A stretch of 64,000 nt of DNA from the human T2T-CHM13v2.0 reference genome, Homo sapiens: NCBI RefSeq assembly GCF_009914755.1, contig NC_060939.1; one strand, written 5' to 3'. Shown here piece after piece: positions 49,631-64,000 of the stretch. Every line of letters begins with the position of its first letter. Positions within the stretch are counted from its first letter, which is position 1. The notes below the pieces were generated by a model that was not told the origin of the DNA, searched no databases, and saw nothing but the letters and a program-made list of their open reading frames with translations. The position numbers and the translations under genes are program-made.

Positions 49631-52600
49631 TATACATTTTCTTTTTTTTTCTTTTTTTTTTGCCTAAGCCCGCTTGCACTGGGTTTTCCATCCCTCACAG
49701 GGTCTGTGGATGCATCTTTGTATCTTGCTCTTGCTCTGAATTTCCCCGTCTTTCCTGCCAAGCCACCACATACCCTTGATTCAAAAGGCTCCTTTCAGAC
49801 CTGAGAGGGTGGAAGGGTGCACAGCTTTCTCCTCAAACTTTGCCACTTGGGGTGGCTGAGCATGGAGACAGGAGTGAAGGGCTTCTCCATAGAGCTGCGG
49901 CTGGAGAATCTCATCCTGCACAGCCTTATAGCAGCGGGGGGACTGAGCGGACTGCAGTCCCCATATCACCCGGGGACCACGGAGATCATCTGGAAAGATG
50001 GACTAGCCAAGAGTTACTCAGCACTCTGGATCTGTGGTCAGACTCCCCAGGTGCGACTCTTGGCTCCTCCGCTCAAGACCTGGGTGACCTTAGGCAAGGG
50101 ACTTAACCTCCCCACTCCTCTTCCTGTCCAGTAAGGTGGACAGGTCAAGGTGGTCCCGACTTCTAGACTTGGTTGTTCCTCCATTTCTCTGCTTTCTTGT
50201 GATCCAATTTGGAAGCAGGCCCACAACGAACATGGTGGGGAGGCATCTGTTCCAGGCAGGTGGCATTTTACCTTGGGGCTTCACACTCCCCAGTGGGTGA
50301 GTTAGTGGTTTAGATGCCACTAGTGGTGGTCACACTGATAGGTCATGGAGACTGACGCCAACCTGGGTTCCAGCAAGGGGTTCGAATGTCTTAATGACAT
50401 TCCAAAGCTCTTCCAAAGCTGAAAGACTGAAAATGAACCTGACACTGTGAGACCCACAGGGCAGGGCAGGGAACATGCCCAGTGAAGCCCGAACCCCTTC
50501 ATCTGGGTGGTGACCAGCCTGAGCACTTGAGTGTGAGTCAGGCTCAGGCAGCCGCGGCGGCAACTCACAGCCTTCGGCAACCCCTGCCACCCACCACACC
50601 TTCCTGGTGTAAGCAGGAGGCCTTGGTCTCAGGGAGAATCTCATCTACCACCTACTGGGTGGATAACTATAAAGCGACTAGGCAATTTGCTTAAGCCCGC
50701 TGGGTCTCAGGTGTTTCATGTATAACATGAGAACATTGGAATCATGGTTTCTAAGGATGCTTGGCTTCATGCCAGGTGGGACGACAGCGACTCCAGCAGA
50801 ACAACGGTCTGCAGTGTCACTGTAGCGGGGCGGGGGGGCTCACCCAGTACATCCCCACCCGGAACCTGTGTGGAGGCTTCCTCCTCTACAGCAACGCCAT
50901 GCAATATATGGGACATACTTTACAAACAATCATTGTTTATCTGATATTCGGTTTTAACTGAGTGTCTTCCACTTTATCTGTCAACCCTACCCCCTGACTC
51001 CATGCTCCACTTTGCTCTCCCACCCAAAGCCTCCCAGCCTCCCTGAAGTCTGGCTCACCTTGCGGCCTGCCCCAGCTCCGATGCCCCTCCTCAGTTGGGG
51101 GAAGAGGATGTTCCGTCTCCTGTCTATACTAAGTACAAACTACGTTTATCTCCAGCTTCTTTTTTGATTTGCAAAAGGCTATCTTGGATTTTGTTGTTGT
51201 TAAGCACAGTGCCTGTTTTTTGCTTTTTTTTCATTCCCACAATCACTTTCCTTCTCCTGAAAGCAATGTGGGTGTGAGGACTTTGGGAAAGGAAGAGCTC
51301 AAGGATGGATCCTTCGAGACGCTGTCTCTAAGCGCAGGGAGCCGAGGAGGCTGCCACTACTGGGGCAGAGGGTGGGGAACGGAATCCCTCTGGGAACTCA
51401 AGGGTGTGGACGAGGTTTAACTGTTCTAAGGGCATCTTGTTTGGAGCCCAGCTGTATGCATTGATGAGGCCCATTTAAATATTTTAAATAATTAGTAAAT
51501 TCCTTTTTGCAATAGGAAATGCTTGTATTTTTTTTTTAACTCAAATGGCACAAAATGGCATTGAGTGAAGCCTCATTCTTTCCCATCCCCAAGCTTTTTC
51601 TCTACTCCCTGAAGACCAACTTGACGACAGAGGCAAATTGTGCACTCTGGGACATATTCGTCCCTTTTGGTTGGGTGTGTTTTGGGCACAGGCAGTAGCT
51701 GTGCAATGTGCACGGTTCGGCATCCTGCTTCCCCCTCACTCTCTTATGCTGGAGAGCACTGTAAACCCACCCCATCTGCAGTTGCCTTTAGGTGGGTCAC
51801 CACATGCAGTGGGGGATGTAGTCTCAGCACCTGTGCTGGGGCTCAGAGAAAGGACCTGGCACCAGACATCCATGAAACACTTGGATAGCCCCTGGGAATG
51901 CCACCCTCCTCCTGGAACAGTTGGTCCAGATTGCTGATTAATGTTTACCAGAACAATTTAAAACTCAACTTTGCATTCAAAAGAGAGCCCAATGCTATAC
52001 CAGAGGCACAGCTTTGTGATCGCATCTGAGCTTTGTTGACGTGCTTAGAGCTGTTTGTACACACTTTTAATTGGTATATATACACCGACTTTTGTTTTGC
52101 TCCCTTTAATGCCACTGCTCATAAACACTTCCCTGTACTAACATAAGATCATATCTTTTTGATTTGCAATGGAAAAACTGTGTCACTATTTTTTCCACCA
52201 CTCAAGCATCTATGGACTTGATCTTTTTGCCAGAGTTCTCTGGCTGGCGTTTGAATACAAAAAAGAATGTGAGCTATGTCATCTGAAAACTGCTGATTAA
52301 CTCTTAAAATTTCTCAGCTCTCATTTGCTCCACATGTAAAGATTAAAAGCAATAATAGTCATGTGATTGCCTTCTTCTGCTTCAGAACACTCCACCCCCA
52401 CCCCATCTTCTCCACACATGCCATTCCTTGCAGGCTTCTGGCAGTGGAAAGGATTAGTCAACTATGTCAAAGGCCAGGAGCCAAACATCACGCCCCGCGC
52501 TAGCCAGGAAAACCCTCCCCTCCCAAGCCGTGCCCTCTCCCTGCCAGCCCCAACACCCCAGGCACCTGGTACAAAATCATTGAGCCGAGAGTGGGTGCTT

Positions 52601-53177
52601 CGGTGGCTAACTCTCCCCTTCGCAGCATTCACGGAAATACTCACGGGACCACGCTGGAAAAGAGCATACGGGGTTTCCCCTTGAAGGGTGATGAGGCTGA
52701 GTCTCCTTAAAGACAGGATTGCCATTGCAAATGTTATGGCAAAGATGAATTTTGAGCTCGGTGCAGACATAGGTAACCAAAGACGTGATATCACCACATG
52801 TACTGGTGTTGGAGAGCAGTCACCCAATCAGAAAACATGACAATGGATGGGCTGGTGCTGGACCCTGGAGCCCACTTCAGGGTGGGGTGAAGCTGTTAAC
52901 CTTCGAGATGCTGGGTCCCCTGGGGGCTCTGGAGAAAGGCTAGGTCAGCCAACCATGGGGGCACAGCAGTGGGTACTGGGCCATAGTCTGGAAAGATGGC
53001 AGGGTCCTCATAACCAGCGCAGCCATCACTGGGAGTACTGGCTAAACACTAGCCCCTGGAGTGAGGGAAGTGCGGGGCTCCCGTGGGTGGCTCCACCTTC
53101 TTTCCATGCACCTGCCCTGAGGCTGCCCTCAGCAATCCTTATATCCTGCAGAGAGACCTAATTCCACAACAGGTTAG

Positions 53178-53593
<416 letters not shown>

Positions 53594-54067
53594 CAGGAGC
53601 CGTGCCCGCTCTTTCCCAAACAGCTGCCCAGCCTACCCCTCCTCTCCTCCACGCGGCCTCTCAAGACCTTGCTGGAGGTCCTGGGCAGCTCAGCTCTGAC
53701 ACACGTGACTGTTTCGGTCATGGTTCACACTGGGCAGTCTGAATGTGAAATTAGGGTGATTGACAATCACGCCAGGTGCCACCCTAGCAAACCACGAACT
53801 TCTGTCTCCCTCGCTCTGACTTATAAACCCTCCTTGGCACAAGAAAAGCCAGTGGTTTGCTAAATAGAGAGCCATTATTCCCTCCAAGCATTCTCCTTGG
53901 AGACAAGAACAAGTTTCTCCCTATGGGTCAATTCAGCTGCAGAGAAAATACTTTCTAGTCTTCCATGTATATAGTCAGAAGGAAGAAAGGAAATAGGCAC
54001 ATAAATAAATGCACATTTTGTGGGCAGTCTTTTTGTGCCAGGAAATAACATGTTCAATGTTATTTAA

Positions 54068-54442
<375 letters not shown>

Positions 54443-54719
54443 TGAGGAAATTGAGACTCAGAGAGGTTCCCAACTGGTGGGTGGTAGGGTCAGAATTTTA
54501 ACCAGCCAGTCAGCTTGTCTGATATTATGTTCCAAACTTTTCAGAGAACAAATCACCCATATCTCTAAAAGGCAAGACACAAGGTATACTCAGAAGGCCA
54601 TTTACCCTTCAAATGAGGACTCAACTTGAGGCTGGAGACATATGGCCCCTTCCTTCACAGCATTTTTCTGTTTTACTTTGGACCTTTTTGACATTTTTCA
54701 TCAGTGGGCTGCTGCTGAC

Positions 54720-55120
54720 TGGTTTTGATAGGCACATTTTTATTTACATGCAAATTCTCAGCAAGCAGCTCACATGTAAATACTATACTAATTATTAAAC
54801 TTGTATGGCTCATCAGAATGCTGCATCCTAATTGGCTGCAAGATTGTCGATAACCGACAGTAGCCTGATTTGGAGCCTTACCAATTTTCACATCTGCATA
54901 ATAAAAGGGAACAGGAGGTTGAGAGTGTATACCTATTTTATATGTGTTTCTTCAAGGTCAAATAATCTTTTATTTCCTTCCCAATCTACATATTCATAAA
55001 GACCTTTGTGCAATTAATGAGACGGAAGATTAAATGGTTGCAGATTAAGAACAAACCCTACTGTTCTAATTAGAGTAAAAGTTACTTAGTCAATCAGATT
55101 AGAATTCCAGATTCAAACTA
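54720..55120. promoter_or_regulatory. Candidate conserved non-coding element
   Basis: AT-rich unique island with many TAAT/ATTA and CTTTGT motifs. Confidence 0.45.
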
Positions 55121-55617
55121 GCAAACACCGAGGCATAATAACGCCAGCACACACCGTCCCCCTGACTGAACTGGTAGCTGACACACAGCTAGTGCAGCCG
55201 GGCAGGAAAGCTATGAGCCCTGGGAATTCTTTTTGCCTTTGCAAAGACCCTTCTAAGTGCCGCCAATGGTGGAAAAATTGAGAGTAGGGGATGGAATCTC
55301 ATCTCATCACATCACATCACAACAAGGCAACATTGTTTGGCCCCATTGGGGTTACAAGAAGAAAGAGTCTGCCCACATCAATTGGTTTGTGATTTTCCCC
55401 AGAGTCCTCTTTGGGGAACGTTAAGGAGTTTTGGCAAACAATGAGTACTTATGGATGAGGTCTTGGGGCACTGGGGCTGGGTACAGAGATTTAAGATTCG
55501 GTCCCTTCTGTAAGGGAGCTTGCAGTTTCCTTTGGGACATCAAGACCTGTACATCTGGAGATGATTTTGAACGAGGTCTTCACTTGGGCTCCACAGACGG
55601 CCGGAGCAGTGTTTCTG

Positions 55618-55936
<319 letters not shown>

Positions 55937-56739
55937 ACGGAGCAGTGTTTCTTGAAGTACGGGTCTAGAACAATCATCTAAACAACTTCAGGCCAAAATG
56001 CAGATTCCCTGTCACCCCAGACCAGCTGGTAAAGCTGGAACATCTGTATTTTTGACAAGCCCCTGATGATTCTGATGCACATTGAAGTTTAGAAACCACT
56101 GGCTTGAAGAGTCCCTGAATGGACTTCAGCGAATCCACAGACGCCCTGACATTGCAGACATTTTATATTTTATGTACATTTTTCTAGAAAGAGGTCCATA
56201 GCTTCCATCAGGTTCTCAAAAAGTGTCCATGCTCCAGAAAAAGGTTAATATCCCTAGAATAGCAGAAAGGGATTAGGAGAGGGGAATCCAGCAAACCAGC
56301 AGACACTGGCCACATATGACCCAGGACAAATCATGGAACCTGAAGTTTAGAGATATCCCCAGTGCAGTGCGGTGTTGGCGATTCTTTCCTTCAGCCCCAG
56401 TGGTGCAGGCAACAGCACTACAGGAGCTCAGAGGAAAGAGCCAGGGTGAAGCGATGGCCTGGACGAGAGCTCTTCCCAGCAGAGGAGGGTTCGTCCGGTC
56501 CACAGAGGAAGGGCAGTCCAGCTTGCTCACGCGGGGTTTGCATAGCCAAGGCACCAGCCAGGCGGGGACACGCACACAGGGAGCACTGGGAGTGTGAGTC
56601 TCCTCCTCTCTCTTTGCCCTGTCTCTCCTTTGCCTCCATATTCTCAGGAAACTTGGAGCTTGGTCCCATTCGCACCTGAAGCAGATGGTGCACCTTCTCC
56701 GTCTTGAGTGCCGCCCTTACCCAGCGGGGGCAGGAGTCC

Positions 56740-57660
56740 TCTCCAGACTTTCTGCAGGATCGCTAATGAGATCAAGTCTGCCTGTCTGGAGGGGCGATTA
56801 TCCTGCGGCAATGGGTTATTACCTTTTACAAGTGGCGCTCGGCCTTCCCCGCTGCCTGCGCGCCTGGGGCGCACACACCTGGGCGGGGACAGGGCAGCTG
56901 CTGAGAGCCACTCAGCAGCTGGCAGCTCATTAGCAGACGCAGCCTCGCCAGCGGGCAGAGCCAAGTGGGGGACAGCACTCGGGCCTGTCTGGGCCTCAGG
57001 ACCAGATCGCAGGAGGAGAGTTGCAACCCCAACCACCCTGCCCCCAGCCCAGCTCAGCCCTGGAATTGGGGCCGGGGATTCCCTACCATGCAGGGGTCCG
57101 GGCGTCTTAGAGAGGCAGGGTCCTCATTTTTTGTGGAAGGCTCTGAGGCCCTTGCCCTGCCTGGCCCTAAATGAAAACCCTTCCTCTGGGCCCGCGGGAC
57201 AGTGAAGGGAGGCATCAGGTCTCCAAGCAGGTTTACCCTCCACTCTGACCTGCGGCTCCTCGTCCCTGAAGCTCAGGAGAAGCCTCTAAATTGCAATCCA
57301 TCTCCCCCAGAGATGGATTTTCCTGCCCCTCCCTGTACATCCCATTGCTCTGGGGTCAAGCTGGCATGCTTGCAGAGACAGAGGAAGGGGAGGCACGGGG
57401 GCGGGGGGCGGGGTTAGCGCAGTGCCTGGACACGCCCACTGCCCCGAGGAGGCCCCGCCCACAATCTCCGGGCCAGCCTGCAGGGAGGACCCGCAATCTT
57501 AGAGCCAGGTGCCACGCGCTTTCCCCATCACTCTTCCCCCACGTTAACCTCCGTCCACCCGCTGTGCTGCACTCCCCAGCGCGGGGCCTATGGAGGCTGC
57601 CAGCTTCCTGCGGCCCCCACACCTGTTTTTGCTGCAGCTGCGTGCAGGCCTCTGGGGGTC
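56740..57660. promoter_or_regulatory. CpG-enriched, GC-box containing element
   Basis: Retained CpGs, GGGGCGGGGGGCGGGG at ~57397, CCCCGCCC at ~57453. Confidence 0.4.
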
Positions 57661-57984
57661 TGCCAGGGCTTTCGGGAGGTCCACGTGGATGTCTCTATCC
57701 TCGCCCAGTGAAGGAAGCCTCCTCACACTCTGCCTGAGCACCTGTCCTTTGGCTTTGATCTTCGTCCAGACCCAAAGCCCCACATATTGTCTTTCATATT
57801 ATTCGGTGGGGGGAGAGGGGTGACTGTGGGAGGGGAGAAAGAGAGAACGGAGAGAACAGTTGTCTGCACCTGGGTCATGGTCTGCAGCATCAGATAAGGG
57901 GTAAAAGACACCCAGATAATCCACACTCCCCACCCAGCTTGGGGCCTAGAGAAGCAGAGGCAGGGAGGCCTCATGGACGGTGTC

Positions 57985-58370
57985 TCTGCTAGTCTCCTCT
58001 GGCTGCCCTAACAACACGCCACAACACACCACAACACACCACAGACCCGGTCGCTTAAACAACAGAAGCATGTTTTCTTAGGATTCTGGCAGCTGGAAGT
58101 TTGAGATAGAGATGTTGGCAGGCTTGGTTTCTTCTGAGGCCCCTCACTTTGCTCTGTAGACCGCCACCTTCTTCCTGTGTCCTCACATTATCTTTCCTTT
58201 GTGTCCAAATGTCCTCTTCTTCTAAGCACACCAAGTCAGGCTGGATTCGTAACCCCCAATGACCTCATTTTAATTTAATTACCTGTCTCCAAATATGGTG
58301 ACATTTGGAAGTACAGGGAGTTATGACTTCAACAAGAACTTTGAAAAAGGACGCAGTTCAGCCCATAACA
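57985..58370 (-). mobile_element. MLT1A-like solo LTR
   Basis: GCTTAAACAACAGAA..GCTGGAAGTTTGAGAT..CAGTTCAGCCCATAACA. Confidence 0.85.
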
Positions 58371-58613
58371 GTCTCCCAGGGACCCCACAATTCCTCCAGG
58401 GTTTGCCAACCTCCAAGGCAGAACCTGAACCCCTTTCCTGGGGAGTTCCCCCGTCTAGGTGGAGAAGCAGCAGTGAAGGAGGCAGTCATGTGTCCAGGTG
58501 CAGGGAAAGCCTCTTGTTCTCCGAGCCGGGAGATCCTGGAAATAATTGTGAAAGGCCGTCTGATCCAGGTGCCGGTTCCAGTGGGGCATCAGGGAATCTT
58601 TCAAGTTAACCTG

Positions 58614-58888
58614 TTTTTTTGTTTTTTGAGACAGAGTCTTGCTCTGTCGCCCAGGCTGGAGGGCAATGGTGCGATCTCGGCTCACTGCAACCTCCGCCTC
58701 TCAGGTTCAAGTGATTCTTCTGCCTCTGCCTCCCAAGTAGCTGTGTGCAGCACCACGCCCAGCTAATTCTTTTTTTGTATTTTTAGTAGAGATAGGGTTT
58801 CACTTTGTTAGCCAGGCTGGTCTCGAATTCCTGACTTCAGGTGATCCACCCGCCTCGGCCTCCCAGAGTGCTGGGATTACAGGCGTGA
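58614..58888 (-). mobile_element. AluS-like
   Basis: Reverse Alu. Confidence 0.92.
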
Positions 58889-59089
58889 TTAACCTTCTTC
58901 AGTTGAGCATTTGAGGAGGCCTCCCCTAGAGAAGCACACACCCAACCTGATGCTATGAGGCAGGTTTCCTTATCCCCACTTTACAGAATAGAAAAGTGAG
59001 GCATGGAGTCACCCAAGAATCAGGAGAGCCAGGATTTGAACCCAAATTGTCTAGTCCTGGAGCTCAGGCTTGGACTTGAAGAACTTGAA

Positions 59090-60330
<1,241 letters not shown>

Positions 60331-60389
60331 TACCTCCAGGCAACGGCCCTGGGAGTAAGAAGTTTGCCTTCTGTGGTCTCCACTCTGTA

Positions 60390-60595
60390 TCGTAGGGTTC
60401 TCAGACTCTGGTGCCTCAGGGTCCCCTGGAGGTCTTGTTCAAACACAGTCTGCTGGGCCCACCCCCAGGGTGTCTGATTCAGCAGGTCTGGCGGTGAGTG
60501 GTGAGGTGGGGAGGAGGCAGAATCTGCATTTCCAGCAAGTTCCCAGGCAAGGCTGCAGCCGCTGCTGCTGCTCCAGGAGCCCCACTTTGAGAAGC
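60390..60595. mobile_element. MER5A-like
   Basis: GCTGGGCCCACCCCCAG..TCTGATTCAGCAGGTCTGG..AATCTGCATTTC. Confidence 0.8.
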
Positions 60596-63574
60596 CCTAC
60601 CGTAGTGTTCACATTTGGGCACCATGTGCAAGTATCGGTTTTATAGTATTTTTTAAATAATAATTTATGAAAATGATCCCTGGGCCAGACTCTTCTCCAC
60701 CCACGCCAGTGGTTTGTTGTCTTCACCTTGTCGGTCGGGAAACCACTCCCTGTGTCTAAGCCCCGTCTCTCTGGCTTCGTTCCAACCACCGCCTCTCCGC
60801 AGTGAGGTCAGCTACTCACAGGAAGGACAAGCCACGCTTAGAACAAAGCTCCCACCCACTGGAAGACAATGACCAGACCCCCGCCCCTTGAGCCTTCTGT
60901 CTAAGAGCAGAGCTCCAAACCCTTATTTTCGGCACTAGAGCAGCCCTTTCCTGGTTGCATAATCACAAGCCTCAGCCTCAGCTTCCCGCTCCTTCCCCCT
61001 AAGCTAGAGGATGTGCAAAAGGAACGCTGACACCTGTGTCTGTGGAAAGGTTATGACTTCCCTGTGATGAGCCAGAAAGCTCAGAGCCCGACTTGCAGGA
61101 GCCTGTGCACCCAGAGACTTGCCATTATAAAACCAAGAATGAAACTGTGCATTGGGAGGAGAGGACGTTGGAGTCCTCCTTCAGAAGGCCGGTTCTGTCT
61201 CATGAACCCCGTTTGAACCTCTTGGCTGTGAAGGTGAAGGCAGGGTCTTGGGACAACCTCCAGGTCACCCCAGGAGGAGGCCCCAGCAGTGGGGCTCTGA
61301 TCACTGTGGCAACCCAAATTCCCTGCTCAGAGGTTCTAGACACTCTCTGCCCTCCTTGCCCCTAAATAAGTGGAATTGAGTCATGCCCACGGTCCTCTCC
61401 CATCCAGCACCCCTATGAAGCTGGTGGCCACCATGCAGAGCCCAGAGAGGGACATCTCACCCTCAGTGTCCTGAAAATCATGTAGTAACACAATGCCTTG
61501 GAGCACATACCTGCTGAGTGGAGTGGCAGTGTCCCTTGGCCACCCGGTCCCTTCTCATGCACCTCACAGTCTCACAGAGGGGCTGCTCCCAGCCCCCTCC
61601 CGACCTGCCTCCAGCAACCCACCTCCCCCTTTCCTCCTCCTCTCTCCTTCTGCCCAGGGAAGCAGTGACCCATCTCCCCTCTGTCCATCCTTCACATGCT
61701 CCCTCCATTTCTGCTTTCAAAAGAGGGAGAAAACATTTTGATTATGAAGCATTTCCAGGGCTGTTTAGGTTTGCCATTGCTAGGTCTTTTGTTTGCCTTT
61801 CCTCCTAGCCTCCACCTGGGTTGAGGCAACATTATTATCTCCTCTGTACAGGTGAAGAAATGCTAATTGAGAAAGGCCACGAGACGGCCAAGTTCAGACA
61901 CCCATGCGGCCTGGAGCAGGGCAGAGGCCCTGCCACCTAATCGCAGGGCCTGGCGGTGTGCGGGACACAGAGACATCGGACCCTCGTTCCAGAGCCAGTG
62001 ACTGCTGGAGGGAGACACGAGCGCCCCGTGGTAGCAACAGAATTGAAGAGGGTGAGAGTGCAAATCCTACCTGGTCAGAGGCAAATCCTACCTAGGTCTG
62101 AATTGAGGGATGATGAGGAAGAAGGGAGGTGGGCAATGGTTGAGTCAGGGCTTCATCCTCTGTACTTCTACCAGCCTTTTAACCCTTCAGTTGTTCTCAC
62201 AATCGTATCCTCACTTGATTCCTAGAAGCACCACGGGTAGTCGGGAATGTCAGGGGAACCATGGCTCTTGGGCACAGAGACGCATCCCAGGTCACACTGC
62301 TTGGCTGTGATGACTTCAGTGAGCTCTTTCTAGCCAGGGGATATGTTATAGGCTTTGTGAGTCCAGTGTCGAGAAGCAGGAGGCCCTGTTCTGCCCGGTG
62401 GCCATCTGGGAGTGGGGTCACTGTGACCCTGCTGTGTGTGGCCAAGGTGGCAAGGAGCATCGAGTCCACTGAGACCAGACAGGAGCCCACTCCGCTCCTG
62501 CCCCGCCTCCACCTCCCACCTCACCACCTGGTTTTTGTTCCAGGCAGCCACATTTCTCAGCTTTCCCCCAAGCTGAGACCTGGAGGGGATCCAGTTTGAC
62601 CAGTGAGTTGCACGTGGCAGGGTGCCGGGACGCCTGGGGAAGTGTGGTGTTCCAGACACAGCCACCGCCCTGTCTCCTCGCTGCTTCCTGCCTGAATGCA
62701 GAAGCGGAGTCCGGCTGGGGGTGGCCATCTGGCGACTCTGAGGACAGAGTCTATGCTTGGGATGGCAGAGCCGGATGCTCAAAGGAGCCTGGATCCCCAG
62801 CACTTCCTCATGTGGCTCCACCAGCCCTGCCTGCTTCTGGACTTGCTCTATAAGAAAACGAAACTCCTGTCAGGTTCAGTGGCTGTGGTCGGCTGTGGTC
62901 AGGGGCAGCTGAACAGAACTTGAAGTCTCAAAGGTCATGAAGCCCATCAGAAAACAGGAGCTCCCTGGCGCCTGCAGCCTCTTGGTCTCAGATCCAGCTC
63001 CTGGGACCTCAGGGCCTGCCCCTTCTCCTGCCTTGCACCCCAAAGCCTGCCTGGGACCCACAGCCCCCTCCCTGCGGCTGCTGGGAGCTGTGAGTGGCAC
63101 CCACGCACTCTGGGCCTGGTCTTTCGGCCACGACACTCGCCACCTCTGCTGGGCAGTCTCAGTAAGTATTACTCCTTCCACGCAGGCCGACTGTAGGTGG
63201 CCGGAGGACAGTCGAGCAGTTCCTTCTGTCTGTCCTGCCATCCACAGCGGCCAGTCTTGCCCAGATCCATGTGGTCTCAGGACTGTGCTGAGGGGTCCAG
63301 GGAGGCTGCTGTTTTCCCCAAGTTACGCACAAAGCAACCATAGGTGAAGGGGCTTGCTGGGGGCCTGTGGCTGGTGAGTGGTAGAGATGGAAGCAGAACC
63401 TCATTCAGATGTCCCTGTTCTGTGGCTCTCAAAGGGAAGATCCCTGAGCACACATCAGAATCACCCAGGACATTGCTCACGATGCACACTCCCCAGCCCC
63501 ACTCCAGGCCTACCAAACTGGGATGTCTGGGGAAGATTCCCAGGAATCTGCATGGTTGGGTACCCCCCTCACAG

Positions 63575-63704
63575 CCCAGGCATGATTCTGGTGCACACCG
63601 AAGACCAAGCACCTCTCTTGAGCTGAGCTCTCTCCCCAGGCATGATTCCGGTGCACGCCGAAGACAAGCACCTCTCTTGAGCTGAGCTGTCTCCCCAGGC
63701 ATGA
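63575..63704. repeat. ~60-bp tandem repeat, 2.2 copies
   Basis: 63575-63634, 63635-63693, partial third copy. Confidence 0.95.
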
Positions 63705-64000
63705 GGGTCAGACCTGCAAGGTGTCAAGTGCAAGCCTCCATCTCATGGTTCGTGGTTCCAGGTGATGACCCTGAGCCCAGCACCCCAGAACACAGAAGCA
63801 CTTTCAGCCTGCAAAACAGCCAAAAATCCTGATGCCCAGGCTAAAACCTAGACCAGAGAAATCTGAATCTGTAGGGGTGAGACCCAGGCACGGGCACTTT
63901 TAAAAGTTCCCCTAGTGATTCCAAGGCCAGAGCTGCCTGTCCCCAGGCTGCGTAGGGGAGAAAGATGCTTCTTCCTGGGGGAAGGTGGTGGGGTGAGGCT

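Overview
Primate (human-like) genomic DNA with no intact protein-coding gene. The ORF track is essentially Alu/L1-derived or chance ORFs in GC-rich sequence. The window has an AT-rich left part (1 to ~12 kb) and a GC-rich, enhancer-like right part carrying about 22 Alus, several L1s, solo LTRs and a Tigger element. Main result: once the inserted transposons are removed, the non-repetitive DNA between 1 and ~9600 reads on the minus strand as a collinear, apparently intronless, heavily decayed copy of the N-terminal coding region of a TRIO/KALRN-type RhoGEF (SEC14/CRAL-TRIO domain plus about 4-5 spectrin-like repeats), running off the left edge. A 290-bp piece of this fossil is duplicated 20 kb away, fused to the tail of an internally deleted L1PA. 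That L1 keeps its antisense promoter and the ORF0 start codon. All protein comparisons were made by eye against TRIO/L1 sequences recalled from memory, not by computation. Repeat subfamily names are approximate.
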